A stretch of 64,000 bases of DNA from Rhizodiscina lignyota (lineage: Eukaryota), in NCBI GenBank assembly GCA_010015805.1, contig ML978130.1, forward strand, positions 868,001-932,000, given 5' to 3'. The notes beneath the pieces are model-generated. The model ran no database searches. It saw nothing but the letters and a program-made list of their open reading frames with translations, and was not told where the DNA came from. Numbering within the stretch: the stretch's first letter is position 1; every line of letters begins with the position of its first letter. Below, in pieces: positions 1-12,952 of this stretch. The position numbers and the translations under genes were made by a program.

Positions 1-1393
1 CGCGGGTGAAGTCGTAGTAGAGTATACTTAACCAGACAGCTTCAAAATCCGTATCCATTTTCACAGATGAATATATGGCGAATATCCTTTCCTTTTCAAT
101 GTGACTCGTCATTCCCTCGTCATTATTTTCTCTCGAAAATATTTCAGCAAGCAGCATATGGAAAATGAAAATGTGGACGTGATTAACGTGAGGTTCTGTT
201 GGACGAAGGGACGCGTGAGTTCTCAGAAGCTCGCTGAGGCTGTGAGATAAAGGGGTTCTCAAGCGATATATATCGTAAGGTTCGTATGCGATATCCCGGG
301 GCCCTCGGCTAATGACCGTTCGTTTGATACGTGCTCCATCTGTATATTGCTGCAAAAGGTGTTTGACAATGGTCCAATGCGATTCCTCGGAAGCTGTTCT
401 CGCACAACACAGAATGAGCCAGATCCTAATTTTGTCCTTGCGTGAGCACAATGAACAACTAACAGAAGTAGCGAAGTGTCGCAAAAGAAGGACATAGAGA
501 GTGAAGGCTTCTCTAGGTTCTTGCATGACTGTAAAGAAGTCGGCAGCATGCTTTATTTCACAGAGGTGATCCAAACTGAAATCGTCAGTATGATCGCGCG
601 CCTCTGCTGAAATTGTCAGGCAAGTCTGCATCGGGTCGTTGTCCTGTGTCAATGGACCGCTTATTTGCCTCTCCTCGAAGTGACAAAGTCCACTACAATT
701 TTGGTCGTCGGAAGGTCGTTCGACCTGATGAACATACTCTTCTTCATTCTGTGTCTCCGCAGCTCCAGTGTCGGAAGCCAATTCATTCCAATTCAGTGAA
801 CATATGTTGTCCGGCGCGTGTCGAACACGTTTTCGTGGTGCAGAATAAGATTCGCCAAGCGAGTGCTGCCGTTTTACGTGCTCGCCTGTTGCCGATTCCG
901 AGATTTCATGAAATCGTGCACTGTCTCCGTGATCCAGCGGCTCTTGTGATTTCATACGGCATTGCTGAATCTCGGTCGCTGTTGAATAAGAATGGGGTCC
1001 ACGGCACGATGTGTCTTCATGAACCTTTGGTTGCTCCAATCTTGTACTGCAGACCTGATCGTTCACTGCAGGACTTCGAGTTGATGCATTGTACTTGCTG
1101 AACCCCCATTTTTTAAATTGTCGAATATACTGATTATTCCTAAGACCCGAAAGGGACGCGTGTCAATGATGGAAACGTAGTGATAGGAGGAACCTCTGCA
1201 AAGGGATTACTTACGTAGCTATAAACTGATGGACTTTTTCCATATGTTCTATAATGGCCGCAAGGGTCTGGTGTTCCACCAGATAGAATTGACGGAGTTC
1301 TTCCTTGAAGTCTTCCCATTTCTGTTCATGATGTCTCTCGGCATACTTCTTAGGCTGCGTTACCCATTCGAAGTCTTTTAAAGAGGATGCCAT
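1..1393 (-). CDS. Clr5-domain protein, 3' end runs off the window
   Basis: Exon 1 MASS...KWEDFKEELRQFYLVEHQTLAAIIEHMEKVHQFIAT; intron 1214-1140 (GTAAGT...TTAG); exon 2 NNQYIRQFKKWGFSKY completes the Clr5 motif, and by my translation the frame stays open to position 1. Confidence 0.85.
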
Positions 1394-2072
1394 GGATACA
1401 CAGGGAATGGTCGTAAAATTGCAAACATGATCAATCCAGAAACGGAGTGAGCAGGAACCGTAGGAGCCTCGATGGTTGCACTATGGCAAGTTCGGTTTGC
1501 GAATTCTTCTGAACGTTAGCATTAGGTACATTATTAACAAGGACGCACTTCCTTATTGGTTAACAGCCTTGTGGAAGACGCTGCCCCTGCCGCTGAGTTT
1601 TGAAAATTTGCATTCCCTATTTCGTGTTAGCCTGTCTCATGTTCCTTCAGCCTTGCGATGTGGCGGCGCCCGACTCCTTTCTCCATCAGCCAATCAACGT
1701 TATTATCTAACAATTTGCATTTCCTATTGTAGTATGGATCATTACCAGACTTCTACTGCTTGGATAGGTTTATGTCTTCACCGCTTGTCTTCCATGAGGC
1801 AGATGAAAGCTGTGGCCCTCGTCGACGGCACCTGTGGGAATTCAAAATCATCTCAGGCTGACGAGAACCGACTGTCAAGTGTTTGGAGTAGTTGCCTGAT
1901 CTTGCATTTCCAATGTAGGAAATGAAATATTCGAATGATGATAGATTTAAGGAGGCCTTTGCATCCACGGAGACTGTGGTAGTGATCTCATTATCTAGCC
2001 TTTCCTTCCTCTCTACCTGACATTAGCAAATTGTGTTTTGGGACGAGCTATTCCAGTCTTTTCATATTCCTC

Positions 2073-2369
2073 ATGGCAAACGAACAGTCTCAAGCAAATC
2101 AGTACGAGCGCCATGTGCAACTCGCACACGTTGGTTCTTGGGTTGATGCCAATGGTGGCGGTCAATCCACTACGTACTCATCAGCGGCGGCCTCCGGGGG
2201 TGCTGAAAAGATACCCAATCCATCTAATACCCGTGCCCGCGATGGCACTGTCTCGTCTGCACCGAGCAGGCAAGGCGTTTCTCATCAAGCCTCGGTGCTG
2301 GCGAATGGGAGGGCCGCGGAGAGCGACAAAGAAATCAATAATCATGATGGTAAGGTAAAATCGATTTGA
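2073..2369 (+). CDS. Small hypothetical protein divergent from the Clr5 gene
   Basis: ATG at 2073 gives a 98-aa hydrophilic ORF (MANEQSQANQYERHVQLAHVGSWV...); no recognisable domain. Confidence 0.4.
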   Translation: MANEQSQANQYERHVQLAHVGSWVDANGGGQSTTYSSAAASGGAEKIPNPSNTRARDGTVSSAPSRQGVSHQASVLANGRAAESDKEINNHDGKVKSI

Positions 2370-3346
2370 GAACAGCGTCGAAGAAAATGCTAAAATCGTG
2401 ACAGGTGGTCATTGTGCCGGCTATGGGATGCAAAGATGGATTCAAGAGCCTCTAAGAGATGCGCCATATCCTTACTCACGACGTACTGATGCGCTTGGTA
2501 GTGGCGCAACTGGATCGCAGGACTCGATCCCTTCTTCGACGATCGCAGGAGGACGGCGGGCTGGGACTTGAAACAGAGCAATTCATTCAGAAAGACATAT
2601 GAGACGGTGTTAAAGAACTCAGGGGATGAATTAGGCCAAATATGGTAGATTAGACCTTTAAGATAAGGAACTAGTAGAGAGATACATTTTGGAAGTTGAA
2701 CAGAGAATCTCACTGCTCTTGCATGAAATTGGGGATACGTCCCGGCGCATTGTATGTGCGAACCACATCCAAGCAGATAAGGTCGCATGGAGGGTCGTAA
2801 ATTGACCGAAAGCTTCGAGATTCTTTTCTTATTGTTAGATGTTTTCCAGTTTCATAGTTCGCGGCTTGGTTCTGGATATCGACTCGGTAATGACGAACCC
2901 AGGAAATATCTTTGAAGTGCTAGAGCTGCTCACCAGCGATTTAGTCACCCTCGAGCTAGCGAAGCAGTGCGTATCGGCCTGAAAGCCCCATGGCAAACGA
3001 AAATGACAATCTCTGGAATATCTGGTCCATGTGCTTTTGTATACTGCTGTTGAATGTGACTATGAACTCCGCAATGTCCAACCGAAAAGTCTCCACGCGT
3101 TCGACGGTGGCAGTGCGCGCTAAAATTGCACGCAGACCCCTGCTCGATTGGCGTGGCGATCGGCGGCGGACGTTTGTCTTGGCAAAGCCTTGCGTATGCT
3201 TGTGGCACGCGTCAGGGCGTTTCGTGGAGGCGGAGCAGCGTTTCAATAAATGTGAGGCCACGCAACGTCAGCGCTCAAAGCAAGAAACCTTCATACCTAT
3301 GTAAACCCATACTCTCGCTCGCAAACTACACCACCAATCGTTCATC

Positions 3347-4277
3347 ATGGCGCCCTTCCCCTCGTTCGAAGCCGCCCGCTCGCTCACCACCGACTTGTTG
3401 ACCAACCGAAATGTCCAACTCGCGAGGCGCACAGCCATCTCGGGGACAGTCGAAGTCGCAAAACGCGCGGCTCCAGTTCTGGTTGCTCGCAGTTTGAGCC
3501 ATGTGAACAAAACTCAGGCTATTACGCTTGCTATCATAGCCGTCTATGTTGTTGTTATCGCCCTTCTCTGGAATCTGCCCTTCGTTCGATGGAGTTTATG
3601 GCCTTTCAAGGTTCGTGGAGCCCTCTACAAGACGGATTACGAAACTAACATATGTGTAGATGCTTGTCATCGCATTCCATGAATTTGGTCACGCAATTAC
3701 AGCCTGCTGCACGGGTGGCAGAATCGAGTCCATCACCCTCGACCCTCGCGAAGGCGGAGCCACAAAAATGCGCGGAGGAATTAGTGCTATCACACTACCG
3801 GCTGGATACTTGGGATCGTCTCTCATAGGCGCGTTGCTCATATTCTGTGGGTTCGACATCGTTGCCTCCAAGGTAGCCAGTATCGTCTTGGGCGTCTGCT
3901 TTCTGCTCACTCTCTGGTGGGGCCGAAAGGACTGGCTTACAATCCTTACGGTGCTGCTCGCAGTCGGACTGCTCATCGGATGTTGGTTCATCGCACATGC
4001 TGAACCTCTGCGGTTCGTGGTGCTCTTCATTGGCGTCATGTCCGCATTGTACAGCGTCTGGGATATCTGCGACGATCTTATCCTCCGCAAAGTCAATTCG
4101 TCCGATGCGAGTGTCTTTGCCAAGCGCTATGGTGGTTCCTCGGCATGCTGGGGTGTCATGTGGGCCTTTGTGGCCGTCATTTTTATGGCAATCGCCATCG
4201 TGGCCGGCCTCGCAGCTTTCCCCGAATCATTCTCAGAACAAGAGGATGATTCGAAGGACTTCATTCCAACACGCTAA
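3347..4277 (+). CDS. Peptidase M50B-like membrane metalloprotease
   Basis: Intron 3611-3659 (GTTCGT...CTAAC...TAG) joins LWPFK to MLVIAFHEFGH (HExxH); several hydrophobic segments; NSSDA motif. Confidence 0.9.
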
Positions 4278-5195
4278 TTGAGCGGTTATCCTTACGACCT
4301 TATACCTCTCCATAGAGTTATGCGTTCTATCTATCGGTGCTATTGAGAGATACAAGGAGTTGTGGAGGAGAAAGGGATGGCAACGTGGCGATCCCTTGCA
4401 GCCGCTTCCGGAATTTCATCGTTCAAGCAACACGAATTCTGGACAGCACGAAGCGCGTGCGAAAGCTAGTTCACGACCAGCCGCTACGGATTCCCTCTGA
4501 AGCAATATCATTATGCTTTATATCATAAAGCTAAACTTCGGAGTACACCGCCATTGCTATCGCATGGAAGTAATATAAGAAGATCAGGCTGTGGGGTGCG
4601 GAATTCCCATCAGCGACCTGCTGATTCATATGGACACGTCTCTTGGGAAGACTCTCGAAGCTTCTCTAGTCTAGTATTAATATTGAGGCAGTGCTTCAAT
4701 AGCTTTTATTAATCGGCCGGGACCAACGAGAGCAGAGAATGGGAGGCAAGCGGAGTTGTTGGCGCTGGGAGTCGAGGGAATTTGTCAACTTACTGACCGA
4801 TTTTGGCGCGTATGCATAGCCTAGTTAGGCTTCGCTGGAGAAGCAAAGTAACTTCTTTGAAATTGAAACCTGCTGTATGACAGCCTGACGAAAGAAACTC
4901 CGAATAATTCAACCTTAAGTCCGTGTATCTTATTAGATTAGTGACTAAGACAGTGGACGCTAAGAGTTACATGTATACCAATGATAACAAAGACAGAAAA
5001 TTGATTTATTCATGAGCTGATGCAGACTACTTCATCAAATTCAACATGGAAATGCTGTATTTGCGGCTCGGGGGTTTACTCCCTTTTTGGGACAGACCCA
5101 CTTTTCCCCATCCTCGCCCGTGTCCTCACCAGATGAGACTCACGGCACGCGCTGTTACACTGACGTACGACCTCATTCGAAGCTAGAGAGACAAA

Positions 5196-5945
5196 ATGCC
5201 ATCTCAGTACGACAAGATTGGCAAGCGCTATGCTAGCATGCAAGATATGCCTGCTGATGCCCCAAATATCCCCAGCGTACTACGTGTTCTACCGAACGTG
5301 AAAGGCCTCAACTGCCTCGACCTGGCCTGTGGACTGGGCCGATACTCTCGCTTGCTGGTTGAACATGGCGCTCAGCGAGTCGTCGGCATAGACTTATCGG
5401 ATGGCATGATCAACGCGGCAAAGGAACTGGCTACGGATCTACCGCCAGAGCAGCGCGAGAGGCTGGAATTCCGCACGGGAGATTGTAGCAAACCTATCAA
5501 CATCGAAGGAGGACCTTTCGATTTGATAATTGCAGCATGGCTTCTGAATTATGCTCCAGACTACGAATCTATGCTGTCTACGTGGCAGAACATCTATCTC
5601 AATCTCAAACCGGGTGGACAGCTAATCGCCATTGTACCGAAGCTCAATATGAGCATGGAGACTCCCCTTGACGATCGCTACGGAGTAATCGTCGAAGCAA
5701 TCGAGAAGGTCAAGGACGGCTGGAAATGTCGTCTCACCGCATACACCGATCCACCAATCTCTTTTGAGCCATACCATCTATCTGGAGAAGTGTATGAAAG
5801 ATCCGCACGCGAGGCTGGCATGGTCGACCTTCAATTGCACTCTCACGTCTTTCCGGAGGATGAGAGAAAGTACAGTGGGTTTTGGGACGTCTACAATGAG
5901 AGGCCACACTTTGAAATCATGATGGCACGACGACCCGAAGTATAA
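5196..5945 (+). CDS. Class I SAM-dependent methyltransferase, ToxA-like, intronless
   Basis: SAM motif LDLACGLG and VVGIDLS; YDKIG, FDLIIAAWLLNYA, TDPPISF and GFWDV match the Burkholderia ToxA family as I recall it. Confidence 0.9.
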   Translation: MPSQYDKIGKRYASMQDMPADAPNIPSVLRVLPNVKGLNCLDLACGLGRYSRLLVEHGAQRVVGIDLSDGMINAAKELATDLPPEQRERLEFRTGDCSKPINIEGGPFDLIIAAWLLNYAPDYESMLSTWQNIYLNLKPGGQLIAIVPKLNMSMETPLDDRYGVIVEAIEKVKDGWKCRLTAYTDPPISFEPYHLSGEVYERSAREAGMVDLQLHSHVFPEDERKYSGFWDVYNERPHFEIMMARRPEV

Positions 5946-5962
5946 ATGTCGTGGTACATTGA

Positions 5963-7372
5963 CTATTTTGCTTCCTGAACTTCCTTCAACACCAGGTTAA
6001 CCATGGCCTCGCTGAGGCCAAGATAGTTTCCTGGATCACAAAGCGCCTTAAGCTCATCGTCCTTCAGACCTGCCTTCTTAATCTCTTCGTTCGCTAGGAG
6101 GAGCTCGAGCAACGATTTATTCTCCAGCTGTGCTTGCCGACACAGATCATAAACGATATCATGAGCGTACTGTCGACCGAGGCTCTTTCCGAGACCCATC
6201 ATTACTGCCTCCGACACGATTGCGCCTCTCGACATGTCCAGGTTCCGCTGCATCCCTTCCTCGTCGACTTCAATACCATCCATCAAATATGCGGTTTGCT
6301 TTAGGCACGCATGGCTCAGTGCGCATATCTGCGGCAGCATGATCCACTCGATCTGCCACGGACCAGTGCTTCTTTCATGGTCTGCATTCACGGCCTCGAT
6401 CATACCGCCCGTCATAGTACGGACGCTGCTCGCCATGGCGTGGATGTACGCGCATCCAACAGGATTGCGTTTCTGCGGCATGGTGCTGGAGCTGCCCCGA
6501 TGAGCAACATACGGCTCGCTCGCTTCGCCAACTTCGGATTGCATCATCAGCTTCAGGTCCGTCCCGAACTTCGCGCACGTTGATGTGAGGATTGCAAGAT
6601 AGCAGGAGAACTCTGCAAAGTTGTCGCGCTCTGTGTGCCATGCTATGCTCGGGACCGCAAGTTCCAGCTCTTCTGCTAGCAAGCGCTGACACCAAAGGCC
6701 CACCGGCTCGTTCGTCTCTGATTTTGGTGGAGGGCCGTACGAAGATGCTTCAGAGAGTGTAGCAAGCGTGCCAGCTGCGCCGGAGAATTCGAGAACGAGC
6801 AAGCGAGGTTTCATCTCTGCAAGTCGTTGCTTGTGCCTCTGGAATGTTGCGAGCAATCTTGCCATTTTGAAGCCGAATGACATCGGAACTGCTTGCTGCA
6901 AGTTTGACCTGGCTGCCATTGGCGTGGTTTTGTACTTCTCACAGAGCTTGACAAGTGCATTGGTAATATCATCCAACGCTTGCTCCACCAGCTGAATCGT
7001 GTCTCGAACTTGCAACACCGCAGCCGTATCTGTGAGGTCTTGCGTGGTCGTGCCCCAATGCGCCCACTCTCCCAACTTGTCTTCTACGATGTTAACTTTC
7101 GCGACCAACTGCTGCACCATCGGCAGAATAGGATAGCCAATCTTCTCCGTCTTGCGCCGTAGCTCTTCAAAGTCGATATGCTCGAGCTTGCAATGCTTGA
7201 CGATCTCATCGGCTGCATTCTGCGGAATGATGTTCAATTTCGCCTGAACCTTTGCCAATGCAGCCTCGAATTTGAGGTAGTAGCCAGTTCGAGATTTATC
7301 GGACCATATTGCTGCAATTTCGGGCGTAGAGAACGTATTGTGAAATACGTACGAATCTATGACTGTCGTCAT
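5963..7372 (-). CDS. Fumarase/adenylosuccinate-lyase superfamily enzyme of the 3-carboxy-cis,cis-muconate cycloisomerase (PcaB)/Ustilago Tad1 type, intronless
   Basis: Signature GSSSTMPQKRNP, plus HWGTTTQD, ARSNLQQAVP, AWHTERD, DHERSTGPW and GRQYAHD. Confidence 0.9.
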   Translation of the reverse strand: MTTVIDSYVFHNTFSTPEIAAIWSDKSRTGYYLKFEAALAKVQAKLNIIPQNAADEIVKHCKLEHIDFEELRRKTEKIGYPILPMVQQLVAKVNIVEDKLGEWAHWGTTTQDLTDTAAVLQVRDTIQLVEQALDDITNALVKLCEKYKTTPMAARSNLQQAVPMSFGFKMARLLATFQRHKQRLAEMKPRLLVLEFSGAAGTLATLSEASSYGPPPKSETNEPVGLWCQRLLAEELELAVPSIAWHTERDNFAEFSCYLAILTSTCAKFGTDLKLMMQSEVGEASEPYVAHRGSSSTMPQKRNPVGCAYIHAMASSVRTMTGGMIEAVNADHERSTGPWQIEWIMLPQICALSHACLKQTAYLMDGIEVDEEGMQRNLDMSRGAIVSEAVMMGLGKSLGRQYAHDIVYDLCRQAQLENKSLLELLLANEEIKKAGLKDDELKALCDPGNYLGLSEAMVNLVLKEVQEAK

Positions 7373-8637
7373 AATGAAGACGAGCTTTGAGACCTCCTTC
7401 CGAGATGATCAAGGGCGGCCGCCTCAGGGTTTGAAGTTTTGCGAATTAATTTGAACAAATACCAGTAACCACGGTGGCTTAAACTTTCAGACACAATTAG
7501 AACTATCAATCTCACACGTCAAGATTCCATTTCAGGGAGAGATAATTGGGCCAATCCCTATTGATGTATAAATCCCCGGATCACCGCCCCGCGGAGCGTC
7601 AAACCCCGCGTTGTGCAGGGGTGGGTAATAAAGTAGAAGGCAACCCTTGAACCTGTCTAGGAGATATTATCCGAGAGGCAGAAGGTGATCCATCTACCGT
7701 TAACTTAAAGCTCTAAACATGATCTACGTTTATGTAGCTACATCGTGAAGTCTATCTTCCTCAATTTCAATTCATGTTCACTTCACTTCACTCGTAGAGG
7801 TCCTCATACACAAATAGCTTTGATGATGGCATCTGTGTTCACTGATACAGCATCGTTAATTGAAAGACTCTTGCGCAACTTTTAGACTTTATACTGTCGA
7901 CAGGAAATCATGTTGCGCCTGCACCTTGCGGAGATGGGTATTCGAACTGCTCCCGAAGAGTTACCACGAAGCCTTCAAGCCTATGACGAAGCTCAAGAAA
8001 CTGAATTCTGCTAACAGTAACCTCTGGCTTTCTAGCATAAGGGCGTATCCCGTACAGCTCAGGCTGTGAACGTATTATGGCAATTAAAATCCGTAGCCAG
8101 ATTCAACCCAGCATAGTTCGCTGCCTCAGCTTTAAAGGCCTTTATGCAGATGATCCGACTTAACCGCAGCAATCCGAAGGCACTAATAATTCAGACATCA
8201 TTTGATGAATCTAGGCCGCTAACATAGGCTCGTGATTGTCACAGATATCAGGCGCGGACCAGTAACGATTCTGAAATCGGATTTCTCACACGGGTCAAAC
8301 ATCTCGAGTACGTTCATCGATCCAGCTTCTTCGCAAATGGGCAGTAGCAGCGTAGTAGTCCGTGTCGTATATTCGCTCAATGTCTTTGTATTCATGTAAG
8401 GGAATATTATTGCCCAATTGCGGGTTTAGCTCTGCTGTTTGTCGATGGAAGAAGTTATTTGCCAGTCTTATTGTTCGAGCAAGCGTTCGAAAATAGCAAA
8501 GTCATAAGAGGAACTACTTTTCTGATCAGCAAGTCCCAAACCTGACAAAAGAACGTCATTTATGTTGCGTGAATGCTATTTCTTCCCCAAAATTATTACT
8601 CCGAGTGTGGCAAATAATAAATTCGAACGTTGTAGTC

Positions 8638-9141
8638 ATGTCTCTAGCTGTTGGAATTGGGGTCAGCGTCGCCGTGGCATTTGCAATAGCAGGTCTGATA
8701 GCTATAGCAATATATTGCGTACATTGGCATACGGAAAGCGTTGTGGGCACTGGAAGTAGTCGAACAGGGGGGGCAGCGCCGCCATGGCCTACACCACCAA
8801 GGACAGCACGGCCGGGACCAGCACGGCCGAGACCAGCACCTACTCCAGCACCACCAAGGACAGCACTACCGGGACCAGTACCTACTCTAGCACCTGCTCC
8901 AGTACCTGCTCCAGTACCTGCTCCGGTACCACCAAGGACAGCACCACCGGGACCAACACCGCCGGGGCCAGCACATACTCCAGCACCCGGAGTGTCTGCT
9001 GCAGCGAACGCAAACAATGATGGGGATGCAGTGCGGGCTCCGGAGGTAAATCGACCAGACGACAGACGCGCTGCACCGGCTGAGACGGAAGAAGGATGGG
9101 GAGCTCAATTATTCCGGTTTCTTTTTGAGAGGGCTCCTTAA
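8638..9141 (+). CDS. Small membrane-anchored Pro/Thr/Ala-rich protein
   Basis: ATG at 8638 (MSLAVGIGVSVAVAFAIAGLIAIAIYC, transmembrane-like) followed by PPRTA..PGP and PAPV repeats. Confidence 0.55.
   Translation: MSLAVGIGVSVAVAFAIAGLIAIAIYCVHWHTESVVGTGSSRTGGAAPPWPTPPRTARPGPARPRPAPTPAPPRTALPGPVPTLAPAPVPAPVPAPVPPRTAPPGPTPPGPAHTPAPGVSAAANANNDGDAVRAPEVNRPDDRRAAPAETEEGWGAQLFRFLFERAP
8791..8990 (+). repeat. Coding minisatellite: CCACCAAGGACAGCAC x3 plus 12-bp CCTGCTCCAGTA-type units
   Basis: Imperfect direct repeats visible in the DNA. Confidence 0.8.
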
Positions 9142-9894
9142 CGTATATGAACGAGCATCGAATAGTGTAGGTGAAAAAAGGAAGAAATACAAACACGTAT
9201 GTGTTACCAAAGGTATCTGTTTGTGCTCTTGTGTACTAACGAATAGGCGTTGATAGCGTATGTTTGGCTTCTGGTACCAATCGTTTGCTGTGTTGGGCTG
9301 AGCCATGATGCAATGCCTATTAGGCATGTTTGCATAGTTCGCTATTTTTAAGTGGGTCCTACTCTTGGCATACACCCGACTAGGTTAGTTGTTTTTTGGG
9401 CCATTACATCAGCAAAATCTTACTCGGCTCAATCTCGGCTCATTCTTGCTTAGTACCCTCCTTGGCAAGTAACCACTTATGGATTGGCTTTGCCGCCTCA
9501 ACAATACATCGGTGAGTCGTCCATAGATAGCCAACAGCCTTACCCCTTTTGGATCGTGTTCGCCTCAGTAGTGGGGGCCCACGCTATACTCTTTTTGGCA
9601 CGTGTTCGTCAATGTCTTCCAGACGCCTAACATACAACTCTCACGAGTAGTCATATAATGACCTGTAAAAGCCGGCTAGATCCTGTTGATGTTGATTTAT
9701 AATTCAATTCTATGTTGGACTGCCTCTGGAATGTCCGAGGTGTTCCAGCTTGATCCGGGTTGTGTCGAGGTATAAGAGGCAGTCGAGGGATGCCCTCTGT
9801 CTCTACACAACTGTCCATCCAGATCATCACCTCACAGGCCTATTGGAAGCCCCACCCTCCCCACACTATATTATCCCCGTCAACCGAAATCAAA

Positions 9895-10927
9895 ATGTCC
9901 GCCCGTATCGTAGCAATTGCTGGAGTGAACGGTAAACTGGCTACACTCATTGTAAAGCACCTTCTTGAAAATTATCCAGAGATCAAGATTCATGGCATTG
10001 CACGCTCTCCCGAGAAAGTGGATGCCGCCCTCCGAGACTCTCCGAACGTTGAGATATTCGAAGCATCAGCTTCCAACACGAGTGCACTCCGCCAAGGGTT
10101 GAAGGGGGCTGAGGCAGCTATTTGCTGCTACCTTGGGAATAATGAGCTCATGACAGAGGGTCAGAAGACCCTTATCGATGCCTGCATTGACGAGAAGGTG
10201 GCTAGGTACATAGCTTCCGACTGGAGCTTTGATTACCGCGGCTTGGAACTCGGCGACCACCCAACGAAGGATCCCATGATACATATCAATGCCTACCTTG
10301 AGGAAAAAGAAAAGAGTCGTAAGATCAAGGCGGTTCATGTGCTGAACGGCTCATTCATGGAAGTGGTAATGGGCCCGTTCAATCCTTTCTTCCAGCCGAA
10401 GGCGCAAGTGTACCAGTATTGGGGAACTGGTGATGAGCCGATGGAGATGACCACGTATTCGGATGCAGCTGTGTTCACTGCTGAGATCGCCGCGGATCCT
10501 AGCGCCGTTGGGTTCTTGAATAGTGAGCTCCATTTTCAATTTTCTTCTGATCACTGCTAACAGCCATTCGAGTCCTTGGGGATAGGAAATCTGCGAAACA
10601 AGTTGCTGAAGCGTATGAGAGAGTCTATGAAGAGAAGCTCGAGCTAGAATGCCTCGGGTCTATGGACGACTTGAAGAGCAAGATGACTGCAACTTTCCAA
10701 CAGGTCCCAGAAGAGCCATACAAATGGATAGCCATGTATTACCTGTGAGATTTTCCCCCGTATCCTTTACAGTGCCTCAAGTTAATGTCCTTTTCAGATT
10801 TCATATGTGCAGTGGAAAATTGTGGTTGAAACCACTGCACACTTCTCGATACCCGGGTGTCAAGCCCAGGGATGTGGAGGCCTATTTCAAATCGCGCTCT
10901 AAGGAGTCATTAAGCAGCCTTCACTGA
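9895..10927 (+). CDS. NmrA-like/isoflavone-reductase-like NAD(P)-binding protein
   Basis: MSARIVAIAGVNGKLA Rossmann start, LIDACIDEKVARYIASDW, YWGTGDE; introns 10523-10572 and 10745-10797. Confidence 0.9.
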
Positions 10928-11034
10928 TGCCGAGAGATAATCCTGTGAACAGAGCCGATAATAGTACTTGGGCTTTTAGGTACTTGATCTGTATAGCTAT
11001 TAGGAACCCAAAATTTTATATATGCCTAAAAATG

Positions 11035-12361
11035 TTAAACGGATTCAAGGCTGGCCAAGGGAAACTTGAGTAGTTCTTGGATCTCGGTACTGGGGTTTTC
11101 CCGTAAGAAATTGAGCAGCTTCATCCCGTCAAGTTGGGCCGAGTCAACCATCCACCATTGACCGATCCGAGCTCCCATCACGTACCAATAGCAGAGCAAA
11201 AGTAATGCCTTTGGATCTTTCCTCTCAAGCAACGATATGAACCGAGAGTCAAATCCCCTGACGGAGAAACAATATGTCGCGATCACGTCGTCTCCAACCT
11301 CGCTCAGCATCAGGTGACGCAAGGAGCTGAGCGCCACGTCGTGCACGCCTTCGAGCGTGGTGGCTCTCTTGTCAACGTTGCAGAATCTTTCCAGCCTCTC
11401 CACAGTGGCACGCTTTTCGGAATACTCGGCCACTGACTTCAGAGAACTGGGCCGATCCTTTTCGCACTGGCCGATCATCACGCTTTGGCCGAGCTTAGGT
11501 TGCAAAGCAGGCACGCTTTTGAGAATTGAAAAGCCAGTCATTACCTGGAGTCCGGTGATATTTGGAACCGGCTCCTTATCTGCACTTAGACCGCGCCGCT
11601 GTGGCGAGGAGGTGAGGCTCTTGTAAGCTATCATCGCGAGCAGTACAGAACATGCCAAGAGAGCGTCGACATCCGCCGCTCCTGGGTTGTGAAGGGCAGT
11701 GGAATACGACTGCAGTGCACAGCTGTAGTATATGGCGCCGGCGAGCTCGTACTTCTTTGTCTTCCGTCTAACGGTCGCGAGGTGGTAAGCTGAGAAGGAA
11801 AGCATAGCAAACCGAAGATAAGGGGCTTCAACTGCGAGCCTTGGGCCATGCTGTTGTAAAATCATCTGGCACGACGGCCCGCCAATCCAGAGGTGGTGTG
11901 TTGTGTGCATGAAGTGGTCGAGAAGCTCCATGGGATTTATCGTCGCGGGGATCTTCTTCCAGATTTCCGAGATTCCTGCGTAATAGCTATTTAGAAAATC
12001 TGCTGGGAGTTGGCTTGGAACTCCAGGGGCCTGAAGCCAGCCTCTGTGTAATGGGGACTTTGGCGCAATTGGCGAGGATGCGAAGCTGCAGGCGCGGTCG
12101 CTGTGGATGCATTGCCCGCATGTAGGCTTACGCTCATCGCACTAAATCGCCATTAGTGGGCTGGGTGTGAAGGGCATATCCTGTCCTCGTTACCTTTAGA
12201 TGGCGAATCTTGCATGTGCCGCAGCCCTTGCGCGACTTGGTGTGCGCCCGGCGTGCCTTGTACTGTCGGCTTTCGTCACTTGGCAAGTGGCCGCCTGCCT
12301 TGTCGTCGATGGCCGGCCCAGGGTTCTCAAATACAATAGTTGCATAGCGAGTGTCGGGCAT
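11035..12361 (-). CDS. Zn(II)2Cys6 transcription factor of the Upc2-like type
   Basis: RRAHTKSRKGCGTCKIRHLK, intron 12193-12142, then CDERKPTCGQCIHSDRAC; C-terminal MELLDHF...ALLLLCYW...WW fungal TF region. Confidence 0.9.
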
Positions 12362-12952
12362 GTCGAAAATCTTGGATAGACAATCGCAAGAGAAATGGAG
12401 AATCGGTGTTCTTGATGTCGTTATGAAGTGCAATGTGCACTGTGCGATGTAGAGCCCATCAAACTCATATGGAATGTGGGCCACAAGCCGCGCATCGTAC
12501 TAGAGTTGAGAAGTGGACGCTGAGCAACATGAAATGGTCGTGAAGTTGGCCTGAAATACTTAGGCCGAGATCGGAGCTGTAGCGAATATCCTTGCGCAAA
12601 GTGCAGGTGGTCACTACACTTCGCCTGTCAGTTACAGATGCATCATCATGTAGGCCAGTCTGCTCGCTTCGATGGTCTCTAACATCAAATCGATTCTGAA
12701 TCTGAACTGGTGATTTGTTTTCCACGCTTGTAGAGATTGGGCATTGTTACGGGATTGATATCGAAGCCGAACATCGGAGCCAACCCCACTTAGTAGGATA
12801 CCTCTATCCATCTCGCCGCTCCGAGCCGCGGAGGGCACGACTCCGGATGATCATAAGAAGAGGTAAGGATTTCGGTTTTGTCCAAGTGAGCATCTCTAGT
12901 AGAATCAGTGGAAAGAGTTTCTTTGAACGAAATAACCCATAGCACTATCATC

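Noticed and set aside
4681..4701. Inverted repeat TATTGAGGCA-G-TGCTTCAATA
   Set aside because: Short isolated palindrome with no partner ends or target-site duplication.
7589..12833. Shared CCGCGGAG upstream of the lyase (7589) and MmgE/PrpD (12826) genes as a TF site
   Set aside because: A single GC-rich 8-mer that also occurs near 2314 is too weak without conservation data.
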